Virus record (IMG/VR): IMGVR_UViG_3300027759_000001
DNA from: a virus
Taxonomy: Duplodnaviria; Caudoviricetes
Length of the DNA: 64,000 bases
Direction: 5' to 3' (one strand)
This document shows positions 27,701-37,538 of the stretch, piece after piece. The notes under the pieces are model-generated. The model did no database searches. It worked only from the letters and a program-made list of their open reading frames with translations, and had not been told where the DNA came from. Each line of letters opens with the position of its first letter. Position 1 is the stretch's first letter. A program made the position numbers and the translations under genes.

Positions 27701-27949
27701 ATGGGAAGATTAACAGAATCAGATTTATCACGTATTGTTAAACGTGTTGTTAATGAAAATCATAACCCTTTAGATAGACTTAGGGATGATTTAAATTTGA
27801 TATCACGAAAACTTTTAAGATCTATGGATGAATATTCAACATTAACTAAAAAAGGGGATTATAAAAGAATGGGTGATGAAGTTGATAACCTTAGAAGAAT
27901 GGTTCGTAGGTTAAAAGACGTTATCCAAGAAATAGAAACTAAAATATAA
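27701..27949 (+). CDS. RLTE-leader coiled-coil protein
   Basis: MGRLTESDLSRIVKRVVNE. Confidence 0.75.
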   Translation: MGRLTESDLSRIVKRVVNENHNPLDRLRDDLNLISRKLLRSMDEYSTLTKKGDYKRMGDEVDNLRRMVRRLKDVIQEIETKI

Positions 27950-27967
27950 ATTAGAAAAGAACAAACT

Positions 27968-28363
27968 ATGAAAATCATTATAACAGAACGACAGTCCAAA
28001 CTATTAAGACGTATTATTAGTGAAGAATCGGATTACGAAATGGATGAAATAATTTATGATATTAAAACAACAGATTGTGAAGGATCTAGTCTTGGTAATA
28101 TGTCTTCAATGGGCGTTGATGAGGATGAGGATGGAAACATTGTTGTATTTATCAGATATTGTAAAGGTGATGACGAGGAGTTAGAACATCTTAAAATGAA
28201 AGCAAGAATGGAAATTGCATCAAATTATGGTTTAGATAACCTTGAAGATGATGATCAAACATCAGAATATACAAGTTACGGCAAACCAAGTAAGTATGAC
28301 CCACAATATTCACAGGACCCACGTGAACGTTACGACCATGGAGGTTCACAATCAGGTCATTAA
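27968..28363 (+). CDS. MKIIITE-leader acidic protein
   Basis: MKIIITERQSKLLRRIISEE. Confidence 0.75.
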   Translation: MKIIITERQSKLLRRIISEESDYEMDEIIYDIKTTDCEGSSLGNMSSMGVDEDEDGNIVVFIRYCKGDDEELEHLKMKARMEIASNYGLDNLEDDDQTSEYTSYGKPSKYDPQYSQDPRERYDHGGSQSGH

Positions 28364-28380
28364 AAATTAATAAATTTAGA

Positions 28381-28413
28381 AACCCCCATCTTTTAATTAA
28401 GTTGGGGTTTTTT
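28381..28413 (+). terminator. Rho-independent terminator (near-identical to 32096..32131)
   Basis: CCCCCATCTTTTAATTAAGTTGGGGTTTTTT. Confidence 0.75.
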
Positions 28414-28449
28414 GTTTTATGATATATTTATTACTAAATAAAAAAAATT

Positions 28450-28671
28450 ATGAGAAGAATAGAAAGATTAAGAGAAAACGATTTGAATCGTATCGTTAGA
28501 AGAGTTATTAGAGAAGATAATAAACAAACCCCAAAAGTTGATGATACTGATACTTTAAAAAAACTACAAACCTATTTAAAGGAACTTGTTGATGAAAGCG
28601 TTATAGACAATGATGTAAAGTCCCATATAATGTTTTTAGTAAAAAAGTTAATTAAGGAAAATAAAAAATAA
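28450..28671 (+). CDS. RLTE-type leader small protein
   Basis: MRRIERLRENDLNRIVRRVIRE. Confidence 0.7.
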   Translation: MRRIERLRENDLNRIVRRVIREDNKQTPKVDDTDTLKKLQTYLKELVDESVIDNDVKSHIMFLVKKLIKENKK

Positions 28672-28677
28672 TATATT

Positions 28678-29058
28678 ATGAAAATCATTATAACAGAACA
28701 TCAGTCCAAACGATTAAAACGTGTTGTTAATGAAAACTTTAAAGAAATCTCATGGGAGGATATTTGGTTTAAGTTAAGAAGATTGTCTCAAAGTTTTCAG
28801 TATCCTGATGACGTATATAGTTTTGGTGGTCTTGATTTTATTGTTTCGGAAGACGGGGAAAGTTTGGACTTAATGGACATCTATAGAGATCCTTATATGT
28901 GGAGAGATGAGTACGATGAAGGTGCCGAGGTTTTAGAAAAGTATTCTAATAAACTTAAAAACTTTGTTGATGAGTTTAATTTAAAATATGACTACCCATT
29001 TACCCTTATGTTTAAAATGGGACCAAAATTTAATATGAAATTTTATACTGAAGATTAA
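28678..29058 (+). CDS. MKIIITE-leader hypothetical protein
   Basis: MKIIITEHQSKRLKRVVNE (hybrid of two leader types). Confidence 0.75.
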   Translation: MKIIITEHQSKRLKRVVNENFKEISWEDIWFKLRRLSQSFQYPDDVYSFGGLDFIVSEDGESLDLMDIYRDPYMWRDEYDEGAEVLEKYSNKLKNFVDEFNLKYDYPFTLMFKMGPKFNMKFYTED

Positions 29059-29075
29059 AATTCTTCCTTTTTAAT

Positions 29076-29140
29076 GGGGGCCGGAACCCCGTCCCGACTT
29101 CGTCGGATTTTTTGACCGACCGAACCCTTCGGGTTTTTTT
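29076..29140 (+). other. GC-rich three-hairpin element ending in a T-run (terminator-like)
   Basis: GGGG/CCCC, CCGAC-TTC-GTCGG, AACCC-TTC-GGGTT plus T7. Confidence 0.45.
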
Positions 29141-29228
29141 AATTTATTTGTTATCTACTTAAGTGACTCTTTCAGAAAAAGGTTTCCGTTTTTATTTTTA
29201 GTTATATTTATTAATAAACAATAGTACT

Positions 29229-29852
29229 ATGAAACATTTATTAAATGGAATGCCTGAGTGGGAAAAAAATTCTATTAGAGAACAACACGAAGGAGGAATG
29301 TCTATTGATACTTCTAAGTTTAAAAAACTTATGGAGTCAAAATTGGGAAATGTAAAACCATTAATAACTGAAGCCTTAGCGGCAAATGCAGGTGAAATAC
29401 AAAAATTTCTACAACTCAATCAAGACAATACTCTTGTTGCAGACTATAAGTTTGGTAATAAAAGTGCAATTGCGGCTGGTAAATATTTATTTAAAGGTAC
29501 TGGGATATCCGCTTACAATACTGTTACAAACGTAAAAACACTTTGGGATGCAATGTTGGCCAATAAATTGGATGTCGGAACAACCCCTGGTTTTGGACCA
29601 AAAATGGCAAAAGCTTTGGCTGCGGCACTTGAAACATCTAAAACCTCTATATCACAAACAAAAACTGCGGCACCTGTTGATGCTCCTGTTGTTAAACCAG
29701 TTGTTCCCTCACTTGCTTACAAACCAGAATATAACCCCGCCTCAGTTTCCGATAATACTTCCGTTTATAAAAATAATCTTTTAATAGATCCTTTTAAGAA
29801 ACCTTCCACCCCCGTTTATACTAATCAATTTACCTTCTCACAAAAAATATAA
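29229..29852 (+). CDS. EKNSIREQH-leader protein with peptidoglycan-binding-like segments
   Basis: MKHLLN...EKNSIREQH...LITE; IQKFL...ADYKFG; FGPKMAKAL. Confidence 0.6.
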   Translation: MKHLLNGMPEWEKNSIREQHEGGMSIDTSKFKKLMESKLGNVKPLITEALAANAGEIQKFLQLNQDNTLVADYKFGNKSAIAAGKYLFKGTGISAYNTVTNVKTLWDAMLANKLDVGTTPGFGPKMAKALAAALETSKTSISQTKTAAPVDAPVVKPVVPSLAYKPEYNPASVSDNTSVYKNNLLIDPFKKPSTPVYTNQFTFSQKI

Positions 29853-29865
29853 ATAATAAATTTAG

Positions 29866-29893
29866 AAACCCTACCTCATCGGTGGGGTTTTTT
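29866..29893 (+). terminator. Repeated terminator, copy 1
   Basis: AAACCCTACCTCATCGGTGGGGTTTTT identical to 34555..34581. Confidence 0.85.
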
Positions 29894-29924
29894 GTTTGTT
29901 GTATATTTATTATTAAAGAATATA

Positions 29925-31262
29925 ATGGCAATAGAATCTTTAAGGGTCACAAAAAAAGAACTCCAAACTTATTATACACCAAAAGTCTCCGATTATGAAT
30001 TAATGGTTAACTCAATTAATTCTACTATGGGGTATGGTCAAATTATTCAAAGATATCTTGATAATAATATATTAAACACGTACTTCCATGTTTATAGTCT
30101 CAGTCAAGGTGAGGAAATAGTTATGGATAAAACTTCTGGCATGTCAACATCTGTTTCAAATGCCGGTCCTACATTTTGGAATGTTGAATCTTCTATTGGT
30201 ATAGAATTTTTAAATGGTAATACTGATATTGAGGGTCTTAGAAAATTAAAATATTGTGATGGGTGTATAGATGGTAATGGTCTTGATAAACCCGTTGTTG
30301 ATAATTTTTCAAAAAGATTTAGAAAAGTAGAAGAGTTAGTTTTATCTTATGGTCTTTTGGAAGGTTTTCTTTTTTATGATGATTCGTTACCAAAATACTC
30401 AGATGTTTTTCCTGCGATCAAAAGAGATGATGGTATTAATGTTACTTATCAATTTAAAGACGTTAATACTGGTGCCGATTTAACTGTGGAAGATGTTGCT
30501 TTAATTACAGATACACCTGTTGTTGCAATTAAAGCCTCCATTACTACCGCACCCGTGGTTAAACCACAAGAAGGATCAAACACGGTGATTACATCATGTT
30601 GTGATGAAAGTGTGAGTTATGTGATCTCAGGTCAATATACTATAGGTAATATTTTATATACCGATTCTGTACCAGATGATTCTTATTGTTGGTATGTTGA
30701 ATCTTTAACGGACAGTGATCCAACATTACCCGCTTCGTTTATTTTTAGTTCGGGAGGAAGAAGTTGTGAGGCTTGCGTTAAATTAAATCCATGTCCTGCC
30801 GTTTGTGAGGGAATACAGTTAACTTATTCAACGGATTTACCAATTGATTGTTTGGGTCCTACTACAACATATCAAATAGATTGGAATACAGGGATATTAT
30901 ATAATGATGGTGAATGTGGTAGATCTTCACCGCCGGATGGTGGTTATTATAGTGATGGTACGTTTGTTTATTCTTGGGATGGTACGTTTAGTGAATATGA
31001 TCGTTGTACCACTAGTGGTAGTTACATTATCCGATATTGTTGTGATGATTCAGAACAATTTGTTGATACGGGTGGTAAGGCGTTAACTCCTGGATCATAC
31101 GTTTATTTCTCGGCAGATCATAGTATAACTTATCCTACACCTTGTTGGTATGTTGTTGGACCATCAACTAAAGGTCCATCTATTACAGGAATATTTAATG
31201 GTGCCACTTATGAAAGTTGTAAAGATTGTGGTGACCAAACTGGATACCCATGTAGAGGTTAA
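29925..31262 (+). CDS. Cys-rich protein with internal repeat (possibly structural; start revised)
   Basis: Two CC.....V..G...CWYV...SC..C repeats. Confidence 0.6.
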   Translation: MAIESLRVTKKELQTYYTPKVSDYELMVNSINSTMGYGQIIQRYLDNNILNTYFHVYSLSQGEEIVMDKTSGMSTSVSNAGPTFWNVESSIGIEFLNGNTDIEGLRKLKYCDGCIDGNGLDKPVVDNFSKRFRKVEELVLSYGLLEGFLFYDDSLPKYSDVFPAIKRDDGINVTYQFKDVNTGADLTVEDVALITDTPVVAIKASITTAPVVKPQEGSNTVITSCCDESVSYVISGQYTIGNILYTDSVPDDSYCWYVESLTDSDPTLPASFIFSSGGRSCEACVKLNPCPAVCEGIQLTYSTDLPIDCLGPTTTYQIDWNTGILYNDGECGRSSPPDGGYYSDGTFVYSWDGTFSEYDRCTTSGSYIIRYCCDDSEQFVDTGGKALTPGSYVYFSADHSITYPTPCWYVVGPSTKGPSITGIFNGATYESCKDCGDQTGYPCRG

Positions 31263-31284
31263 TAATTTAAAGATATATATTAAT

Positions 31285-31620
31285 ATGAAAATCATTATAA
31301 CGGAAGATCAGAGTAATAAACTTATTAGTTTCCAAAGAAGGTTAACAGATATTACGTATGAAGCATCATATATGATTGATGATGCTGATGAGTTTTATGG
31401 GAGCGTTGATTTTTGTCGTTATTTCCCCACGTTAAAAAAATATGTGGACGACGTGGTTTATGAAATTATCAATCAATATGAACATCCTATTTATGATATT
31501 GATGAGACAGAAAATTTTATTTATAACCATGTTGGTTATGAAAACTTTGTTAATATGTTAATGGATATGTATGGTGAGAAGATTGAAAACTTTTATAATA
31601 TGAAAACAAAAGATTGTTAA
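31285..31620 (+). CDS. MKIIITE leader + RR-domain (start revised)
   Basis: MKIIITEDQ...FQRRL...FCRYF. Confidence 0.8.
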   Translation: MKIIITEDQSNKLISFQRRLTDITYEASYMIDDADEFYGSVDFCRYFPTLKKYVDDVVYEIINQYEHPIYDIDETENFIYNHVGYENFVNMLMDMYGEKIENFYNMKTKDC

Positions 31621-31622
31621 TA

Positions 31623-31904
31623 ATGGCAATAAATGATATCCCCCAATTTTTTAAGAGACGTTTTAATCAAAAAGAATTTGATAAATATATTGTGAGTTCA
31701 ATGTTTGGGTGGATTGATGAATCAACAAATTACAGGGAATTTGAGGTCAATGTTATTAATGAATCCATTGTTGAATATTTTTGGAATACTTTTGAGTTTG
31801 ATTTTTTTGATGAATCCGATATTGATGATGCATATCAGTTTGAGTCATTTGTTACAAACAAATATGAACAAAAACTTAGAGATTTCTATAATAGAAGCAA
31901 ATAA
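31623..31904 (+). CDS. RR-domain protein without leader
   Basis: FFKRRF...LRDFY. Confidence 0.7.
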   Translation: MAINDIPQFFKRRFNQKEFDKYIVSSMFGWIDESTNYREFEVNVINESIVEYFWNTFEFDFFDESDIDDAYQFESFVTNKYEQKLRDFYNRSK

Positions 31905-31912
31905 ATTATTAT

Positions 31913-31939
31913 AACCCCTACCTCATCGGTGTGGTTTTT
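31913..31939 (+). terminator. Repeated terminator, copy 2
   Basis: AACCCCTACCTCATCGGTGTGGTTTTT. Confidence 0.75.
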
Positions 31940-32095
31940 ATTTAACTATTTAATAACCTAAGGTGATGGATATCAAATAAATTTCTTGTATATATTGTAT
32001 ATGACAATATTAAGTATATTAAGTATTTCGTTCGTGGTTTTAACGGTACTTAAAGACAGGAAAGATTATTTTGATTATTACGGAAAACGTTAATC

Positions 32096-32131
32096 ACCCC
32101 CCAATTTTTTAATTAAGTTGGGGTTTTTTTT
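32096..32131 (+). terminator. Rho-independent terminator
   Basis: CCCCCAATTTTTTAATTAAGTTGGGGTTTTTTT. Confidence 0.7.
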
Positions 32132-32220
32132 GAATATATAAGTATTTATAATAAACAAATAAAATTATGAGAAGAATTATAAGATTAACAGAAAGAGATT
32201 TAACAAGACTTGTTAAAAGA
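32127..32220 (+). repeat. Promoter + leader DNA module, near-identical to 32717..32810
   Basis: TTTTTGAAT..AAGTATTTATAATAAACAAAT...ATTATG.GAAGAATTATAAGATTAACAGAA..AGATTTAACAAGA. Confidence 0.85.
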
Positions 32221-32661
32221 ACCATTACGGAACTTGATAGATCAACGTATGAAAAAGCTGCTGATGTTGCGGGTGAAAAAGGATTTAATAAATTGTCTGA
32301 TAAATTTCGTGAACACGGAAGAGAATTTGGTTTGGGTCGAGAAAAAAGTATTATTGTTATGGTTACAATAGAACATGGTGAAGAAACCGAATTACACGTA
32401 AGAGTTGATAGCATTAAAAATACGTGGTTGAATGATAGTGGGACTTATACTATGGTAACACGACAACTTGATACAGATAAAAAATTGGTTTTTGAATTAT
32501 CTGTGATGCCAAGTAAAATACAATTTTATTTGAATGGTGAGAAATGTTTACCAGCGACAAGGAAAGACGCAATAAAAGTTTTAAAGATGTTTGAATCGGA
32601 AATTGTTGATGTAAGTAAAATTGACCCAAGATCAATATCATATGATGACACTGGATTATAA
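32167..32661 (+). CDS. RLTE-leader hypothetical protein
   Basis: MRRIIRLTERDLTRLVKRTITE. Confidence 0.8.
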   Translation: MRRIIRLTERDLTRLVKRTITELDRSTYEKAADVAGEKGFNKLSDKFREHGREFGLGREKSIIVMVTIEHGEETELHVRVDSIKNTWLNDSGTYTMVTRQLDTDKKLVFELSVMPSKIQFYLNGEKCLPATRKDAIKVLKMFESEIVDVSKIDPRSISYDDTGL

Positions 32662-32756
32662 ATAATAAAAAAATTAATATAAGAACCCCATTCCTAATAA
32701 GAGTGGGTTTTTGTTTTTTTTGAATAAAGAAGTATTTATAATAAACAAATAATATT

Positions 32757-33281
32757 ATGGGAAGAATTATAAGATTAACAGAATCAGATTTAACAAGATT
32801 AGTTAAACGAGTTATCATAGAAGAAAAGAAAAATAAAAAAAATATTAACGAAAGTATTTTATTAACTTTAGGTGGAATTGCGTTAGGTGGGGCGATTATA
32901 AAAAAGGCTTATGATTATTTAAGTAACCGTTCACTAATAAATAAAATGACCCCAACAGGTAATGTTAGAAAATCAACTGGTGGTGACCAAGAAGGTAACT
33001 TCTTTACTATGAAAGAGTATCGTGATAATGATACTGATGAAACGTATTGGGGTATTGATGTTACGGACGACACAAGAGATCAAGGTTTTAGAGATAGAAG
33101 AGTTTTATTATTCAAAGGAGACGACCCTAAAAGAATTGAAAGAATTTTAAAATTAGAAGTTGCTCACGATTATTCGGATCAGGCTAGAATGAGCGATGAT
33201 TATGAAAAAAGGTTTGGACAATTCAAAGCAGACAAAGTAATGCGTATGGGGGATAATACATATGATCATCAAAATTCATAA
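32757..33281 (+). CDS. RLTE-leader protein with hydrophobic helix after NINE
   Basis: MGRIIRLTESDLTRLVKRVIIEE...NINESILLTLGGIALGGAII. Confidence 0.8.
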   Translation: MGRIIRLTESDLTRLVKRVIIEEKKNKKNINESILLTLGGIALGGAIIKKAYDYLSNRSLINKMTPTGNVRKSTGGDQEGNFFTMKEYRDNDTDETYWGIDVTDDTRDQGFRDRRVLLFKGDDPKRIERILKLEVAHDYSDQARMSDDYEKRFGQFKADKVMRMGDNTYDHQNS

Positions 33282-33306
33282 TCTATTAAAGGGTAATTAA
33301 TATGCT

Positions 33307-33762
33307 ATGAGAAAAATTGTAAGATTAACGGAAAGAGATATAACAAGACTTGTTAGAAGAGTCATTAAAGAAAATGAAGAAGGTGATGAGAATACTTCTT
33401 TTGATTTTAGCAAAACTGATAATAAATTATTAAATGATTTTTTTACGGTAAAAAATGATTTTAAATATGAGAATAACATTAACGGTATGGAAATATATAC
33501 CCTTCCAAAAAGGGGGTATAAGGTTGTGGTTGCAACAAAAATAGCAAACGACCCGTCTAACGTTGAACTTAAAGTTTACCTTAGATTCCCAATGGGAAAA
33601 AATATTAACTATTTACGGGATATTAAAGGTAGAAACCATAGTGTAGAATTACCAATTAATGATTATAATGGAATAAGCCGTCTTATACAAGGAGCAATTG
33701 ATTTTGGTAATGCTGAAAATGAATATGATAATCTTCCACCACTACCAGGTACGAGATTTTAA
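33307..33762 (+). CDS. RLTE-leader hypothetical protein
   Basis: MRKIVRLTERDITRLVRRVIKE. Confidence 0.8.
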   Translation: MRKIVRLTERDITRLVRRVIKENEEGDENTSFDFSKTDNKLLNDFFTVKNDFKYENNINGMEIYTLPKRGYKVVVATKIANDPSNVELKVYLRFPMGKNINYLRDIKGRNHSVELPINDYNGISRLIQGAIDFGNAENEYDNLPPLPGTRF

Positions 33763-33841
33763 AATAAAAAAACATTAACCCTTCCTTAAACGGAGGGGTT
33801 TTCTTTTTCCTCTATATGTTTATATTTATAATAAAAAACTT

Positions 33842-34537
33842 ATGAAAAAATTATTATTATTTATTGTTACGGCTACTATGTTATTTAGTTGTAATACAGG
33901 AACAAAAACCGAAAAGTTAGAAGATATTAAATCTGATAAAATTGTTAAGATACATGATGGGTCTTTTGCTTTTTGTGGGGCATCGGCAGCGTTACCTACG
34001 GGAAACAAAATTATTGTTCAAGGTGTTGAGTATTACGAGGGTTGTGCAATCTGTCCTGTATTGAACGGACCATCTCTTTCAAGTTTGGCAATGGAAGGTG
34101 TTAGTGGAACTTATGGTAAGTTCAATGTTGAGAAAAACTTCCAAACTCCTGATGGAACAACTAATACTGTATGGTCTTTATTTTGGTATTATGATACAAC
34201 CACTACTATTCCCCAATTTAATCCTTCAACTAAGGAGTGGGAATATATGACACCATATAACAGATCGTTTGTTATTAACTTGGATTCACCAAGTACAAGT
34301 GAGAGTAATATGTTTGCAATGCCAGGTGTTATCTTTGATACAACATCTTCAGGTATTGTTTTGGCTAAAGTTTATGGTCCACTTAATGAGGCGGCAATTC
34401 CATTACGTAAAGCAGTTCCCGTTAAGAATGGGCAGACATCAGTAACGGCAGCTAAAGTAGGATTCCCTTATCCTGTTGGAACTCCGATCCCCGTTTCTGA
34501 ATACAGTAAGGAACTTCAGAAAAAGAAAAAACACTAA
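33842..34537 (+). CDS. Lipoprotein of unknown function
   Basis: MKKLLLFIVTATMLFSC lipobox. Confidence 0.75.
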   Translation: MKKLLLFIVTATMLFSCNTGTKTEKLEDIKSDKIVKIHDGSFAFCGASAALPTGNKIIVQGVEYYEGCAICPVLNGPSLSSLAMEGVSGTYGKFNVEKNFQTPDGTTNTVWSLFWYYDTTTTIPQFNPSTKEWEYMTPYNRSFVINLDSPSTSESNMFAMPGVIFDTTSSGIVLAKVYGPLNEAAIPLRKAVPVKNGQTSVTAAKVGFPYPVGTPIPVSEYSKELQKKKKH

Positions 34538-34554
34538 CTAAAAATTAAAACTTT

Positions 34555-34581
34555 AAACCCTACCTCATCGGTGGGGTTTTT
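34555..34581 (+). terminator. Repeated terminator, copy 3
   Basis: Identical to 29866..29892. Confidence 0.85.
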
Positions 34582-34644
34582 TATTTTATATTGTTTTGTA
34601 ATAATCAATAACATTGACATATTTATTAATAAACAAAAAATATT

Positions 34645-35061
34645 ATGGCAAGAATTGTAAGATTAACAGAAAGAGATTTATCAAGATTGGTTAGACGAGT
34701 GATATCAGAAGAACAAATGAGTCAACAACAATTCGCTTCAGGTCTATCAGATGGTAGTAGTTGTTTTAGTTCAAAAAATATGCCAATAACATATAAGTTA
34801 GTACAAGCCGATTGGGATACCGCTTATGCATTGTTATTAATGTCTCTTGGTGTTGGTCATGGAATTATAAAATCTCTTACGGGTGTTTATATGGATGATA
34901 AAGAACCAAGTTTATCTGATACAAAATCAAATATACAAAAATCAAAAAACTTTAATAAAGGTTATAACACCGGTAAAAAAGGTGTAGATACAATTTATAA
35001 AACTAATTATAACCAAATATCAACAGAATTGTCAAAGTTAAAAACTTGTGTTTTTGGATAA
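34645..35061 (+). CDS. RLTE-leader hypothetical protein
   Basis: MARIVRLTERDLSRLVRRVISEE. Confidence 0.8.
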   Translation: MARIVRLTERDLSRLVRRVISEEQMSQQQFASGLSDGSSCFSSKNMPITYKLVQADWDTAYALLLMSLGVGHGIIKSLTGVYMDDKEPSLSDTKSNIQKSKNFNKGYNTGKKGVDTIYKTNYNQISTELSKLKTCVFG

Positions 35062-35082
35062 AAATAAATAAAATAATATATT

Positions 35083-35391
35083 ATGGCAAGAATTGTAAGA
35101 TTAACAGAAAGAGATTTAACAAGATTGGTTAAACGAGTTATTAGAGAACAATACGAAGATGATTATACCGCAAGTGGATTTGATTCTATGGGAGATGCAG
35201 CACATTCAGCTTTAAAGTCTAAAGGTCATAGTCATAGAGGTAAAGACGATGAAGGTGAATTCTACATTGTATTTGACGGTGAGAAATTCTATGAAGATGA
35301 TTTTGAAATTGCTGATCACAATGATATGGGAAAAATTCCAAGAGTTGAGGACGGTAAATTAATTATTGCAAATCCTGCGTGGGGATCATAA
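35083..35391 (+). CDS. RLTE-leader acidic protein
   Basis: MARIVRLTERDLTRLVKRVIRE; first 36 nt identical to 34645. Confidence 0.8.
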   Translation: MARIVRLTERDLTRLVKRVIREQYEDDYTASGFDSMGDAAHSALKSKGHSHRGKDDEGEFYIVFDGEKFYEDDFEIADHNDMGKIPRVEDGKLIIANPAWGS

Positions 35392-35412
35392 AAAAATAAT
35401 GAATGGTATTTA

Positions 35413-35441
35413 GACCCCTTAATTAGTTGAGGGGTTTTTTT
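35413..35441 (+). terminator. Rho-independent terminator
   Basis: ACCCCTT/GAGGGGT stem plus T-run. Confidence 0.7.
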
Positions 35442-35463
35442 GTTTCCTGTATATTTATCATAT

Positions 35464-35787
35464 ATGAAAATTATTATAACTGAAAGTCAAAAAGAATCAT
35501 TGGATTATTATCAATTATCTAACTGTATTAAGAGAAGGATAGATCTTGATGGGATTGACGATATTGTTGATGAGGCCATGGAAGAATTTGTTTCACTTCG
35601 TGATACTACTGAAGGTTTTATGGAGATGGTAATTAATTACACATATGACCGAGTTGATGAAGATTATGGTGTGGAAAAATGTTGGGGAGATCAATATTGG
35701 GATGAATTCTCCGCACCAATTAAACGATTTATATCCTCAAGATATGAGGCAAAACTGAAAGAATATTTTGAAAATCATTATAACTGA
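35464..35787 (+). CDS. MKIIITE leader + RR-domain (start revised)
   Basis: MKIIITESQ...IKRRID. Confidence 0.8.
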   Translation: MKIIITESQKESLDYYQLSNCIKRRIDLDGIDDIVDEAMEEFVSLRDTTEGFMEMVINYTYDRVDEDYGVEKCWGDQYWDEFSAPIKRFISSRYEAKLKEYFENHYN

Positions 35788-36106
35788 ATCACAATTTGTT
35801 GATCTTTTCTTTAAACGTAGGTTTGGTCGTATTGACCAACTTGTTGATGAAAAGATGCGTTACTATCCCCCTTGTGATTATACATATGATCCGTACTACG
35901 CTTTTTATGATTACTTTGGTGATGTTCGTAATGCAGTCATATACGAGATGATTGAAAAAGATATAAATTTACCTTGGTCAGAAGAAAATATGGTTAATAT
36001 TGATGAATTATCTGAAACTATGAATGAATGGATGTATGAAATATTCTTTGATAAAGTTAGAGAATATTATGATAAGGTTTTAGAGGATGAAGATTGTGAT
36101 GAGTAA
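35768..36106 (+). CDS. MKIIITE leader + RR-domain
   Basis: MKIIITESQFVDLFFKRRF...PPCDY. Confidence 0.8.
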   Translation: MKIIITESQFVDLFFKRRFGRIDQLVDEKMRYYPPCDYTYDPYYAFYDYFGDVRNAVIYEMIEKDINLPWSEENMVNIDELSETMNEWMYEIFFDKVREYYDKVLEDEDCDE

Positions 36107-36145
36107 TTTTTATTAAAAATATAACTATTTATAATAAAAAACAAC

Positions 36146-36592
36146 ATGAATAGAAGTTACAGTAAAATTAGACACATACAAGAATCCAATCAGATTTTGG
36201 AAAGAAGGTTATTGATTGAACAGGTGAAAATTGGTAGAAATAATCCTGATTGGATTACTTTGGTTTCTAAATTAAAAACCCTTTCTTATTCACCAAGAGT
36301 ATTAACATTTACGGACTTTGATGATATCCCATCTCAAAGTTTGAATTGGGGAACCGCTAAATCTGCTAAAGGTAAATACGGTTTTGCAATTTCGTCAACA
36401 TCTCCAGATTTACCTAAAGAAAGAATGCATTTATTTAACACTGAAGATAGAGAAAATCAAACAGATATGCTCAATTGGTGGACAAACAAAGGTTATAAGA
36501 TGGATGGGTCTGACATTTCAATAAACTTTAAAGATGCGGATAAATTAAAAAATGATATTGTGTCATTTTTTAAAATCTACAATCCAGAATAA
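36146..36592 (+). CDS. Hypothetical protein with HIQE...LIEQ leader variant
   Basis: MNRSYSKIRHIQESNQILERRLLIEQ. Confidence 0.75.
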   Translation: MNRSYSKIRHIQESNQILERRLLIEQVKIGRNNPDWITLVSKLKTLSYSPRVLTFTDFDDIPSQSLNWGTAKSAKGKYGFAISSTSPDLPKERMHLFNTEDRENQTDMLNWWTNKGYKMDGSDISINFKDADKLKNDIVSFFKIYNPE

Positions 36593-36609
36593 ACAATATA
36601 ATATAATTA

Positions 36610-36640
36610 AAAACCCCACCTGAAAAGATGGGGTTTTTTT
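36610..36640. terminator. Terminator between convergent genes
   Basis: AAAAACCCCACCTGAAAAGATGGGGTTTTTTT. Confidence 0.75.
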
Positions 36641-36643
36641 ATT

Positions 36644-37474
36644 TTAAAAAGTTTTTAAATCGTTTTTAGAAAACGTATATTCCGCACTGTACAAGTACTC
36701 ACCAAAGTTAAGGTCATACCAAGGACTTTGTCCATCATCACCTACAAGGATTTGAATGTCTTGTGCTGGCATATAACTTTGAGTCAACATAAATTTTACT
36801 TCATTCTTTTTATTTACACATTTATCTACAACGATAACTGCGTGACCAGGGAATCCACCAATTATAAACACATCACCAATTTGTAGATCAATGGTACTCT
36901 TTGAGGTTAGTTGTTTGTTTAAAGAGTAAGTATTTGCGTAACAGAAAACACCACACATATAAGACCAAAGGTTTTCATTGGTTGGAGTTTTTCCGCCTAA
37001 GTAAGATAAATAATTGGCCTTTTTACCACTTACGTATGAAAACTCTATTTCACTATAACGTTTTTGGGAAAATAAATATTCAGCTCGTAATCTCATAACC
37101 GCATCTGCACATTGATAATCTCTATTTCCTTTAAATGCAAGATCTACTACGGCACAGTAAGCGGATGTGTTGTATTTTAAGGTACCATCAAAATGATGAA
37201 CTTGAGAACCATGAGGTTTTAGTGGTAGATTTTGTAAATAAGACCCCCAAGACCCACCTTCGGATTTAACACGAGTAAATCCATCTGGTGTGTTAAAACG
37301 ATTCTTAACGTTTGTTCCACTTTCATTAACGATTGGTTTATCTTTCACAATGGTATCAGTAACAACTTCAGTTGTTATATTATTGTTTTGTGATGATGTA
37401 TTACCGCAAGATATTGTGGTAAATAAAATGATAAGAGATAAGATAACTTTAGTAGATAAGATAATTTTTTTCAT
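36644..37474 (-). CDS. DUF4846-like Bacteroidota lipoprotein
   Basis: Lipobox TISC; RF..P.GF.RV...YLQNLPLK...QCADAVMRLRAEYLF...PGHAV.V.D...AQSYMPAQ. Confidence 0.8.
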   Translation of the reverse strand: MKKIILSTKVILSLIILFTTISCGNTSSQNNNITTEVVTDTIVKDKPIVNESGTNVKNRFNTPDGFTRVKSEGGSWGSYLQNLPLKPHGSQVHHFDGTLKYNTSAYCAVVDLAFKGNRDYQCADAVMRLRAEYLFSQKRYSEIEFSYVSGKKANYLSYLGGKTPTNENLWSYMCGVFCYANTYSLNKQLTSKSTIDLQIGDVFIIGGFPGHAVIVVDKCVNKKNEVKFMLTQSYMPAQDIQILVGDDGQSPWYDLNFGEYLYSAEYTFSKNDLKTF

Positions 37475-37538
37475 ATTGTTTTTTTTACAAATATAGAAAA
37501 AAAAATAGAATAAAAAAAGAAAATAAAATAAAATTTTT

